Shown: positions 56,729-64,000 of the stretch, in pieces
How positions within the stretch are numbered: the first letter of the stretch is position 1
How the letters are laid out: each line of letters opens with the position of its first letter
NCBI GenBank assembly: GCA_965199495.1
Contig: CBDASK010000003.1
Span: 704,001-768,000 of the forward strand
Reading direction: 5' to 3'
From: Abditibacterium sp.
GTDB taxonomy: Bacteria; Armatimonadota; Abditibacteriia; Abditibacteriales; Abditibacteriaceae
Length of the DNA: 64,000 bases
The notes under the pieces: model-generated
The model's database searches: none
Told to the model about the DNA's origin: nothing
What the model saw: only the letters and a program-made list of their open reading frames with translations
Translations under genes and position numbers: made by a program

Positions 56729-57102
56729 TATTAGGAATTGGCATTGATGTTTCGCGCATCGAGCGCATCGAGCGGTTTTTGGAGCGTTACGGCGAGCGTT
56801 TCACCGGGCGCATTTTAACACCGGACGAACAAAGCGAAATCGCGCGCTACAAAGTCAGCGCCGAGCAGGTCGCCGGGCGTGTCGCGGTCAAGGAAGCGGC
56901 GTCCAAAGCGCTGGGAACCGGTTGGAGACAGGGCGTGCATTGGAAAAATTTCGCCGTCGCGCACGAGCCGAGCGGCAAACCGAAATTAGTTTGTTCCGGG
57001 CGCGCGTTGGAATTAATGGAACAGATGGGCGTTCAAAACACGCACGTTTCAATCACCCACGACGGCGGCGTGGCTGCTGCGGTCGTCATCTTCGAGGGCT
57101 GA
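56725..57102 (+). CDS. acpS: Holo-ACP synthase
   Basis: GIGID, AGRVAVKEAASKALGTG, GKP, HVSITHD. Confidence 0.92.
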   Translation: MILGIGIDVSRIERIERFLERYGERFTGRILTPDEQSEIARYKVSAEQVAGRVAVKEAASKALGTGWRQGVHWKNFAVAHEPSGKPKLVCSGRALELMEQMGVQNTHVSITHDGGVAAAVVIFEG

Positions 57103-57110
57103 AATTTTGA

Positions 57111-57245
57111 GATGCCCCGTAGAGACACCGACCGGGTGCCCTCTGGGCGGATGTCTAAAAAGTCAGCTCCCGCAAAGTCAGTGGGTGCATTTACGTTTTA
57201 GACATCCGCCCAGAGGGCACCCGGTCGGTGTCTCTACGGGGCATC
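57111..57245. repeat. REPIN-like hairpin
   Basis: GATGCCCCGTAGAGACACCGACCGGGTGCCCTCTGGGCGGATGTCTAAAA and its perfect inverse. Confidence 0.88.
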
Positions 57246-57267
57246 AAGCAACATAGCGTTCCAAATC

Positions 57268-58014
57268 ATGTTCGATTTATCCAACAAAACCGCGCTCGTG
57301 ACCGGCGCCTCGCGCGGCATCGGGCGCGCAATTGCGCTTGCCCTTGCATCGCAGGGCGCCGATGTCGCGGTGCATTTTCATCATAACGAAGAGGCGGCGA
57401 AAGAAGTGATGGCGCAAATCGAACAAATGGGCCGTCGTGCCGTGGCGGTGGGCGCCGATGCGCGCGATTTCGTGGCGTTTGGCGAACTATTTGGACGCGC
57501 TGAGACCGAATTGGGGCCGCTCGATATTTTGGTCAATAACGCTGGAATGCTGAAACCGGCGTTTTTAGGTTTGATGAGCGAAGCGAGCTGGGACGAAACG
57601 TTGGACGTGGATTTGAAGGCGGCGTTTGCCCTCTCGAAGAAAGCCGCGCGCGCGATGTTCGGGCGCAAACGCGGACGCATTATTAACGTATCGAGCCAGG
57701 CCGGACAAACCGGCGAAGCGATGGCCGCACATTATAGCGCCGCCAAAGCCGGGCTTTTGGGCCTGACTAAAGCTGCCGCGCGCGAATTGGCTCCGGCGGG
57801 TGTGACCGTCAACGCCATTGCGCCCGGCTTTGTCGAAACCGATATGACGGCGGGCGACAACGAGAAAAAACGCGCGGCGCAGTTGAATTTAGTGCCACTT
57901 AAAAGGATGGCGCGGCCCGAAGAAATCGCCGCGTTGGCGGTTTATCTGGCGAGCGACGAAGCGGCTTACGTAACGGGCCAAGTTTTCGCCATTGATGGCG
58001 GACTACGAATGTGA
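57268..58014 (+). CDS. fabG: 3-oxoacyl-ACP reductase (SDR)
   Basis: TGASRGIG, NNAG, YSAAK, PGFVETDMT, DGG. Confidence 0.8.
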   Translation: MFDLSNKTALVTGASRGIGRAIALALASQGADVAVHFHHNEEAAKEVMAQIEQMGRRAVAVGADARDFVAFGELFGRAETELGPLDILVNNAGMLKPAFLGLMSEASWDETLDVDLKAAFALSKKAARAMFGRKRGRIINVSSQAGQTGEAMAAHYSAAKAGLLGLTKAAARELAPAGVTVNAIAPGFVETDMTAGDNEKKRAAQLNLVPLKRMARPEEIAALAVYLASDEAAYVTGQVFAIDGGLRM

Positions 58015-58053
58015 ATGCGTTCGTGCGGAGTGGCAAGTTGGCTTTAGCCTTCA

Positions 58054-58222
58054 ATCAGGAGTTTTTGCACCTTGATTTTCTAACCCGGAAATGTAGGGGC
58101 GGGGTTTCCCCACCCAAAATGTCAATGGAATATCGAACTCCATTTGGGGCGATACGTTTCGGGCGGGAGAACCCCGCCCCTACATTTCCGGGTTAGAAAA
58201 TCAAGGTGCAAAAACTCCTGAT
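58054..58222. repeat. REPIN-like hairpin (GTAGGGGCGGGG arms) with 39-bp inverted flanks
   Basis: Outer arms 58054-58092 and 58184-58222 are perfectly complementary. Confidence 0.88.
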
Positions 58223-58252
58223 CCAATTCACGCCGATAGTCAAATAATAAAA

Positions 58253-60034
58253 ATGCGCGCCCTACTTTTCTTGCTTTTACTCGTGTTGTCTGGCGCCGTG
58301 GCTGCATCGGCGCAACCCGCGCCGAGCGCACTCGATTCGCGCAATGCGTCGTTGCTGGCGTTCAAGCGCGAACAAGTCACGCTCTGGGAAGAGGCCATCG
58401 CGCGCGCCGGAACTTACGCGCCGTATCAATGGGAAAACGCTTTGCGCAAAACGCGCGCACGCGCCGACAAAATTCAGCGAACCGAGGGCGATGCCGCTTC
58501 GGTTCCGTTCACGCTGTTTCAAGAGCGCGCCTATTTCGCGCGCAACGACGGCTCGGCGCAGCCCTATTATGTCGCGCTACCGTTTGGCTACACGCCGACC
58601 AAAAAATATCCGCTCGTCGTGTTTTTACACGGCTACTCGCCCGATCTCTCCAAAATTAATCCGTGGCTGCCCTCGACCGAGTTCGTGCAAAACGCGCAAA
58701 AGCGCGGCTTTATTCTGGCGATGCCGTATGGACGCCGCAACTCCGATTTCGTGCAGTGGGGCGAAGACGACGTGACGCGCGTGCGCGCCGAGTGTCTGCG
58801 ACTGTTTTCGGTTGACCAAAACCGCGTGTTTTTGCTGGGCATTTCGATGGGCGGCTACGGCGCCTACGCGGCGGGTTTTCACACCATTGGCAATTGGGCG
58901 GCGATTGCAGCGATTTCTGGGCGCACCGATTTTTATCTATGGTTCGACATCAAACGCGCCAATTTGCCGCCGTGGAAACGCGTTTTATTCGACGCCGACG
59001 ATCCGCGCACGCTCGAACTCAACGCGCGCAACACGCCGGTTTATGTGCAACACGGCGCGCTCGATGGCACGGTTCCGGTCGAACATTCGCGGCGCTTGAA
59101 TGCCGACGCGCTTAAATTGGGTTTGCCGCTCCGCTACGACGAAGACCCGCAAGGCAGCCACTTCGGCGACTTCCAGTTCGAGGCGATGATTCGCGCGCTC
59201 GATTGGTTGGAGAAACGCCCGGCTTTGCCGATGCCGCGTGCGTTGACGATTGTCGCGGGCGATTTGCGCGAGGCGCGCGGGCGCTTCGCCGCCATCGAAG
59301 CCTTCGCCGATTATGCGAAAACCGCGCGCTTGGACGTAAATTTAACCAGCGACAAAATCATCGTCAAAACCGAGAATGTCGCGCGGTTTAGTCTGCAAAT
59401 CCCGACTGAACTTCAGCCCGCCGCGCGGTTGCCGCTCGAAGTTGACGGCACAATTGTCGGCCAATTCGCCACCAAGGCGCCTATAATCTGGAGCGCGCCC
59501 GATGCGAAATTGGGCAAATCGCCCGATAAAACCGGGCCGTTCAAAAGTTTGATGCGCGATCCGTTCGTGCTGGTTTACGGCGACGCCGACGACAAGCGCG
59601 CCGCGCAGGATTTCGCCGAGCGCTGGCAAAATTGGACGGACGGCGCCGCGCGCATCAAAAGCGCGGACGAAGTGACTGAACAAGACAAAGCCGATTTCAA
59701 CCTGATTTTGTTCGGCACGCGCGCCACCAATTCTTTATTGGCGCAAATCAGCGACGATTTGCCGCTCGAACTTGTGCCCGGTGGCTACCGCATCGGCACC
59801 AAAACTGTCGAGGAGGAAGGTATCGGTTTGCGCATGGTTACCGCTTCGCCGTGGAATAAAGCGCGCTTGATTGGCGTGTGCAGCGGCGAAAACTGGGGAG
59901 CCGGTTTGCCGATCAATCACATCTGGGATTTGGTGCCCGATTACATCATCTACGATTATCGAACCGAAAACGACGGCACCAATCGCCCGGTTGAAGCAGG
60001 CTTTTTCGACGGCGATTGGCAGTTGAAGCCGTAA
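58253..60034 (+). CDS. Secreted alpha/beta-hydrolase (esterase/S9 peptidase-like)
   Basis: Signal peptide; YPLVVFLHG, GISMGG nucleophile elbow, HGALDGTV, His in GSHF. Confidence 0.8.
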   Translation: MRALLFLLLLVLSGAVAASAQPAPSALDSRNASLLAFKREQVTLWEEAIARAGTYAPYQWENALRKTRARADKIQRTEGDAASVPFTLFQERAYFARNDGSAQPYYVALPFGYTPTKKYPLVVFLHGYSPDLSKINPWLPSTEFVQNAQKRGFILAMPYGRRNSDFVQWGEDDVTRVRAECLRLFSVDQNRVFLLGISMGGYGAYAAGFHTIGNWAAIAAISGRTDFYLWFDIKRANLPPWKRVLFDADDPRTLELNARNTPVYVQHGALDGTVPVEHSRRLNADALKLGLPLRYDEDPQGSHFGDFQFEAMIRALDWLEKRPALPMPRALTIVAGDLREARGRFAAIEAFADYAKTARLDVNLTSDKIIVKTENVARFSLQIPTELQPAARLPLEVDGTIVGQFATKAPIIWSAPDAKLGKSPDKTGPFKSLMRDPFVLVYGDADDKRAAQDFAERWQNWTDGAARIKSADEVTEQDKADFNLILFGTRATNSLLAQISDDLPLELVPGGYRIGTKTVEEEGIGLRMVTASPWNKARLIGVCSGENWGAGLPINHIWDLVPDYIIYDYRTENDGTNRPVEAGFFDGDWQLKP

Positions 60035-60040
60035 TACGAG

Positions 60041-60078
60041 AAAAAGCCCATCAAACCAATGGGTTTAATGGGCTTTTT
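60041..60078. terminator. Bidirectional terminator
   Basis: aaaaaGCCCATCAAACC-aatg-GGTTTAATGGGCttttt between converging genes. Confidence 0.75.
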
Positions 60079-60090
60079 ACTTTCGGCGAA

Positions 60091-60366
60091 TTAAAGTCCC
60101 GAATGCGAGCTTTCGCGCGAGCGGGCCAGTTCGTAATAAGTCGTGGCTTCCAGTTCGATTTGGCGCAAACGTTCTTGAATGTTGCGAGTCGCCACGGCGT
60201 CGTGTTCGAGCGTGACGGCGTGACGGCAGAGCGTGGCGGCGGTGGCGAAAAGGCCGAGGGCGGCGTGGAAACGTTTTAAATTGGCGGCATCGCGGGCTTG
60301 TTCGCGACAAACTTCGGCTTGTTCGATAAAAGAGTTGGGCGCGGTCTCGTAACGGGCGGATTTCAT
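60091..60366 (-). CDS. Small helical hypothetical protein
   Basis: ORF converging on the terminator; start uncertain (60366 or 60453). Confidence 0.45.
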   Translation of the reverse strand: MKSARYETAPNSFIEQAEVCREQARDAANLKRFHAALGLFATAATLCRHAVTLEHDAVATRNIQERLRQIELEATTYYELARSRESSHSGL

Positions 60367-60811
60367 ATTGACTTTCTGGGGGCGAGAGTTACGACGATTT
60401 TCGTCGAAACTCGGTTGGTAAGCGGTCACTCGCGCGGCTTTGGGAACGATCATGCAAACCTCCGTTGGATTGATGCAACTGCTGGCCGTTGCAATCTAAC
60501 AGCGTAACCTCAAGACTGGCTTAAATTTGGGTTATCGAACGCGCTTTTAAAAATTAAAAAACGCAGCAAAAATGGATTTTTCGCGGTGAAATGGAATGGC
60601 TTTAGACAGAGCGAAATTGAAGCCGCAAGCGCCCAAACCGGCGCTTTTTGCTCCCATGAAACATCTTATTTGTCTTATGTTTCGGCGCAATTTCAACGGC
60701 GCAACTTTTAGCGCACAAATTCGCCATTCAGAACGAGAACTGAGGTATATTATAACTCAGAACGCCTAATTTTTCAACCCTTGCGGCGCTGTCAAGTGCC
60801 ACTTGCCTCCT

Positions 60812-62002
60812 ATGAATTCTCAAATTTTCCTCACCGGTCTGGGTGTCATTTCGCCGCTGGGACTCGACACCCATTCGTTTTGGCGGCGTTTAATTAGCAA
60901 CGAATCCGCCATCGCGCCCCTCACGAAATTGCCGACCGAAGGTTTGCGCAACAGTCGCGGCGGCGAAGTGCGCGGCTTCGATTGGAGTCAATACGGCGAG
61001 GACGGCGACTGCGACGAAGCCAGCCAATTCGCCTACGCCGCCGCGCTCGAAGCGGCGAACAACGCGGGTTTGAGCGGCGAGCAACGCGCGCGGGCCGCCC
61101 TGGTTTTCGCGACGAACTTTGGCGGCGCCGCTTCGTGGGAAGCGTGCTGCGACATCGCGCGCGAAGGCGACTCCGACCCGGAAACTTTTGCGCAGTTTTT
61201 GCCCGACGATGCCGTGAATTATACCGGCAAACGTTTCGATTCGAGCGGGCCGCGCGCGACTTTATCCAACGCCTGTTCGAGCGGCGCGCACGCCATCGGT
61301 CTGGCCGCCGATTGGATTCGATTGGGCCGATGCGAGGTCGCCGTGGCTGGTGGATTCGATGGTTTGGGCATTTCGACGTTGGCCGGGCTTTCGATTTTGC
61401 GCACGATTTCGCCCGACGAAATTCGCCCGTTCGACGCGCGGCGCAACGGCACAATTTTCGGCGAAGGCGCGGCGATGGTCGTGTTGGAAAGCGAAGCATC
61501 AATGCGCGCGCGCGGAGTTACGCCCATCGCGCAGTTTTTGGGTTGGAGCGTGACCAACAACGCGCACCATCTGACCGCGCCCGATAAAAACGGCGCCGGA
61601 CTGGCGTTATCCATGAAAAACGCGCTCGCAAATGCGGGCGTTGAACCGGCGCAAATTGACTACATCAACGCTCACGGCACGGGCACGCAATATAACGATG
61701 TGGCCGAAACCGAAGCGATTAAAACTGTGTTCGGCTCGCACGCGCAAAGTTTGGCGGTTTCGAGTATCAAAGCAGCCACGTCGCATTTGATGGGCGCGGC
61801 GGGCAGCATCGAAGCAATAGCCACGGCGCTGGCCCTGCGCGAGGGGATGTTGCCGCCGACGCTCAATCTGGAAGAAAACGACGAAAATTGCGATTTGGAT
61901 TATGTGCCGTTACAAGCGCGCAAACGCGAGATTGAGTTCGCGCTGTCCAATTCGAGCGGCATCGGTGGCAACAACGCGAGTTTGATTCTGAAGCGAGTTT
62001 GA
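60812..62002 (+). CDS. Beta-ketoacyl-ACP synthase (FabF-like KS)
   Basis: GLGVISPLG, SNACSSG, YINAHGTGT, SHLMGAAG, GIGGNNA. Confidence 0.88.
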   Translation: MNSQIFLTGLGVISPLGLDTHSFWRRLISNESAIAPLTKLPTEGLRNSRGGEVRGFDWSQYGEDGDCDEASQFAYAAALEAANNAGLSGEQRARAALVFATNFGGAASWEACCDIAREGDSDPETFAQFLPDDAVNYTGKRFDSSGPRATLSNACSSGAHAIGLAADWIRLGRCEVAVAGGFDGLGISTLAGLSILRTISPDEIRPFDARRNGTIFGEGAAMVVLESEASMRARGVTPIAQFLGWSVTNNAHHLTAPDKNGAGLALSMKNALANAGVEPAQIDYINAHGTGTQYNDVAETEAIKTVFGSHAQSLAVSSIKAATSHLMGAAGSIEAIATALALREGMLPPTLNLEENDENCDLDYVPLQARKREIEFALSNSSGIGGNNASLILKRV

Positions 62003-62032
62003 GTTCGTGAGTCTCAACGCGACTAATGTCGC

Positions 62033-62108
62033 TTGGCGGGGCTTGCGCCTCCTTCCAATCGGATGTTCTCTTCGCACCAAGATTAGAAGAGGGCGCAAGC
62101 CCCGCCAA
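62033..62108. repeat. Diverged copy of the GGGGCT..CCTTCCAATCGG palindrome
   Basis: TTGGCGGGGCTTGCGCCTCCTTCCAATC ... GGCGCAAGCCCCGCCAA. Confidence 0.75.
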
Positions 62109-62162
62109 CTACATTTCTCGCACTACTTAATAATCAACTAAATCTCACTAATTGAGCAAATT

Positions 62163-62807
62163 ATGACTATCAATATTATCGGATCGGGCGCAATTATTCC
62201 TCCAAAAGGCGCTTTATCCGTTGGCGCCATCGAGCGCGCGAATTATCCGCTATCGCCCAAAACTTATCTCGACCGCGCCAGCGAATTAGCGTTATGCGCG
62301 GCTTCGCTGGCGCTGCAAAACGCGAGTTTAAGCGGCCCGCTCGGCGCGGATTGCGGGTTGTCCATCGGCACGCAATTCGGCTCGGTCGAGACGATGCGCG
62401 TTTTCGAGGAAAAACTAAATCAAAGCGGCGCGCGCGGCGCCTCGCCGCTCTTGTTTTCGCATTCGTATTTCAACGCGGCAGCGGCATTAATTGCCATCGA
62501 ATGGGGCATTAGCGGGCATCACGCGCCGTTTTGCGGGCGCGACAGCTCGTGGCAAGCCGTCGAAGCCGCGCGCGATGCGATTACGTTGGGCCACGCGCAA
62601 ACGATGTTGTGCGGCGGCGTCGAAGCCGATTCGACGGCACGCGGTTGGGCGGGCGAAAACCAAAGCGGCGAAGGCGCGCTGTTCGTGGTTTTGCAGCGCG
62701 ATGGTGCGGGGCCAACTTTCGAGGAATTTTGGCAAACGCCACGCGCCATCGAAGGCGATTGGGGCGCGTTGGGTTCGCTGCTGGCGCGCTGGAAACCCGC
62801 ATCATGA
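62163..62807 (+). CDS. Truncated ketosynthase-N-domain protein (chain-length-factor-like)
   Basis: LDRASELAL, GLSIGTQFG, ASPLLFSHSYFNAAA, LCGGVE. No xACxS motif and no C-terminal His motifs. Confidence 0.72.
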   Translation: MTINIIGSGAIIPPKGALSVGAIERANYPLSPKTYLDRASELALCAASLALQNASLSGPLGADCGLSIGTQFGSVETMRVFEEKLNQSGARGASPLLFSHSYFNAAAALIAIEWGISGHHAPFCGRDSSWQAVEAARDAITLGHAQTMLCGGVEADSTARGWAGENQSGEGALFVVLQRDGAGPTFEEFWQTPRAIEGDWGALGSLLARWKPAS

Positions 62808-63181
62808 TGATAGTTCTACTGGTTTTGCTGGCGATGATTTCGGTCGGCGCCCTACTGGCGCTGGCGGTTTGGAGCGTCGTGCGCGGCGAAACGCGCGCGT
62901 CCGAAATGCTCGAACAATGGCTGCGCGACAACAATTATCAACTGCTGCAAAAAAGCACGCCGTGGATGAAAGACAATCCATTTTTTATGAGTTCCAACCG
63001 CAGCCAGAAGGTTTTCAAAGTCACGATTCGCGATAAAACCGGCCAAGTCCGCGTTGGTTGGGTGCGTTGCGGGCACGCTCTGGCGGGCGTGGCTGTTCAG
63101 CAGGTCGAGGTCAAATGGGACAAAACGCCGGTTCAGGAAGAGCAGGCCGAACCGCGCGACCGCGTTTTGCCACCGCAGTGA
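62804..63181 (+). CDS. Hypothetical single-TM protein
   Basis: N-terminal TM; GWVRCG motif; coupled to the upstream stop. Confidence 0.6.
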   Translation: MMIVLLVLLAMISVGALLALAVWSVVRGETRASEMLEQWLRDNNYQLLQKSTPWMKDNPFFMSSNRSQKVFKVTIRDKTGQVRVGWVRCGHALAGVAVQQVEVKWDKTPVQEEQAEPRDRVLPPQ

Positions 63182-63226
63182 AAGAGACGAACCAAGACAA
63201 CATAGACTTAGAAAATCCAATTTTTT

Positions 63227-63715
63227 ATGCCGGCCGAACTCGTCATTTTCGTCGGCTTGCCGGGCGCGGGCAAAAGCCGATTTTATCGCTCGCGTTTCGC
63301 GGCCACGCACGCGCTCATTTCCAAAGATTTGATGCCAAATAATCGGCGCTCCAAAGACCAACGCCAAGCCGAGCGCGCGCGCCAGATATTGTCGTGCGGC
63401 GGCAACGTCGCCGTAGATAACACCAACGTTTCGCGCGTTGGGCGCGCGCTTTTACTGGCTGTTGCGCGTGAGTGCGGCGCCCGCGTTACGGGCTACTACT
63501 TCGATGTGAGCCGGAACGATTGCCGCGCGCGCAACGCGACGCGAACCGGCAAAGCGTGCGTGCCCGAATTTGTCATCGGAATGCTCGGCAACGATTTACA
63601 AATTCCGACTTACGACGAAGGTTTCGACGCGTTATTGCGTGTTGTTCTGGCGCCCAACGGCGCGCCCGTTGTCCGAGTTTGGAACAGTAAGAAAAATGAA
63701 TTCTCATCAATTTGA
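63227..63715 (+). CDS. Polynucleotide-kinase-like P-loop kinase (AAA_33)
   Basis: VGLPGAGKS, ISKD, VAVDNTN, CRARNATR, PTYDEGFD. Confidence 0.8.
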   Translation: MPAELVIFVGLPGAGKSRFYRSRFAATHALISKDLMPNNRRSKDQRQAERARQILSCGGNVAVDNTNVSRVGRALLLAVARECGARVTGYYFDVSRNDCRARNATRTGKACVPEFVIGMLGNDLQIPTYDEGFDALLRVVLAPNGAPVVRVWNSKKNEFSSI

Positions 63716-64000
63716 TGCGCGAATGCGCGCGGGCGAAGCGTGGCACGGCGAACGCGTGCCCCCCAATAAATGGGCCGTCGTGCGCGTGGATGGGCGCGGC
63801 TTTTCGCGTTTGACGCAAGCGAATTTCGAGAAGCCGTTCGACCCGCGATTTTATGAATTGATGGCGCAAACGGCGCGCGCGTTGATGGAAGAATGGGACG
63901 GACTTTACGCCTATTTCGAGAGCGACGAAATTTCGCTGCTTTTACCGAGCCAGTTCACTCATTTCGGGCGCGGATGGGAAAAATTGGTTTCGTTATGTGC
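63696..64000 (+). CDS. Thg1-like protein (tRNA-His guanylyltransferase / 3'-5' polymerase), runs off window end
   Basis: Manual translation: MNSHQFDARMRAGE...VVRVDGRGFSRLT...FEKPFD...YAYFESDEISLL...KLVS, the Thg1 signature motifs. Not in the ORF track. Confidence 0.88.
   Translation, partial: MNSHQFDARMRAGEAWHGERVPPNKWAVVRVDGRGFSRLTQANFEKPFDPRFYELMAQTARALMEEWDGLYAYFESDEISLLLPSQFTHFGRGWEKLVSLC

Noticed and set aside
2498..62108. CRISPR array from the recurring repeats
   Set aside because: The repeats are dispersed inverted pairs, not direct repeats with unique spacers, and there are no cas genes.

Overview
Bacterial chromosomal window of moderately high GC. A DUF1559/H-X9-DG prepilin-like gene and the overall gene mix suggest an Armatimonadota/Abditibacteriota-like organism (inference). 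Housekeeping genes include fumC (cut by the window edge), murJ, galT, plsY, der, acpS, fabG, a ThyX-like gene, tRNA-Glu and a full pstS-pstS-pstC-pstA-pstB-phoU operon. There are also c-di-GMP signalling genes and a small accessory GNAT/kinase patch beside the tRNA. The strongest finding is a complete IS110-family (IS621-like) element at 28300-29563. Its left end encodes a readable bridge RNA: the target guides match its own insertion site (TAAGAGC-CT-AT) and the donor guides match its circle junction (ACAGTAT-CT-TGT). Other highlights: (1) a bioU/bioF biotin cluster headed by a ketosynthase and interrupted by an inverted-repeat-flanked GxxExxY nuclease cassette; (2) a REP palindrome inserted in frame inside bioF; (3) a lipoyl/E3-binding protein with no catalytic domain, with acpS and fabG, plus a KS/CLF-like pair; (4) a kinase plus Thg1-like 3'-5' polymerase pair; (5) several families of REP/REPIN-like hairpins. 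All calls come from reading motifs; no database searches were run.
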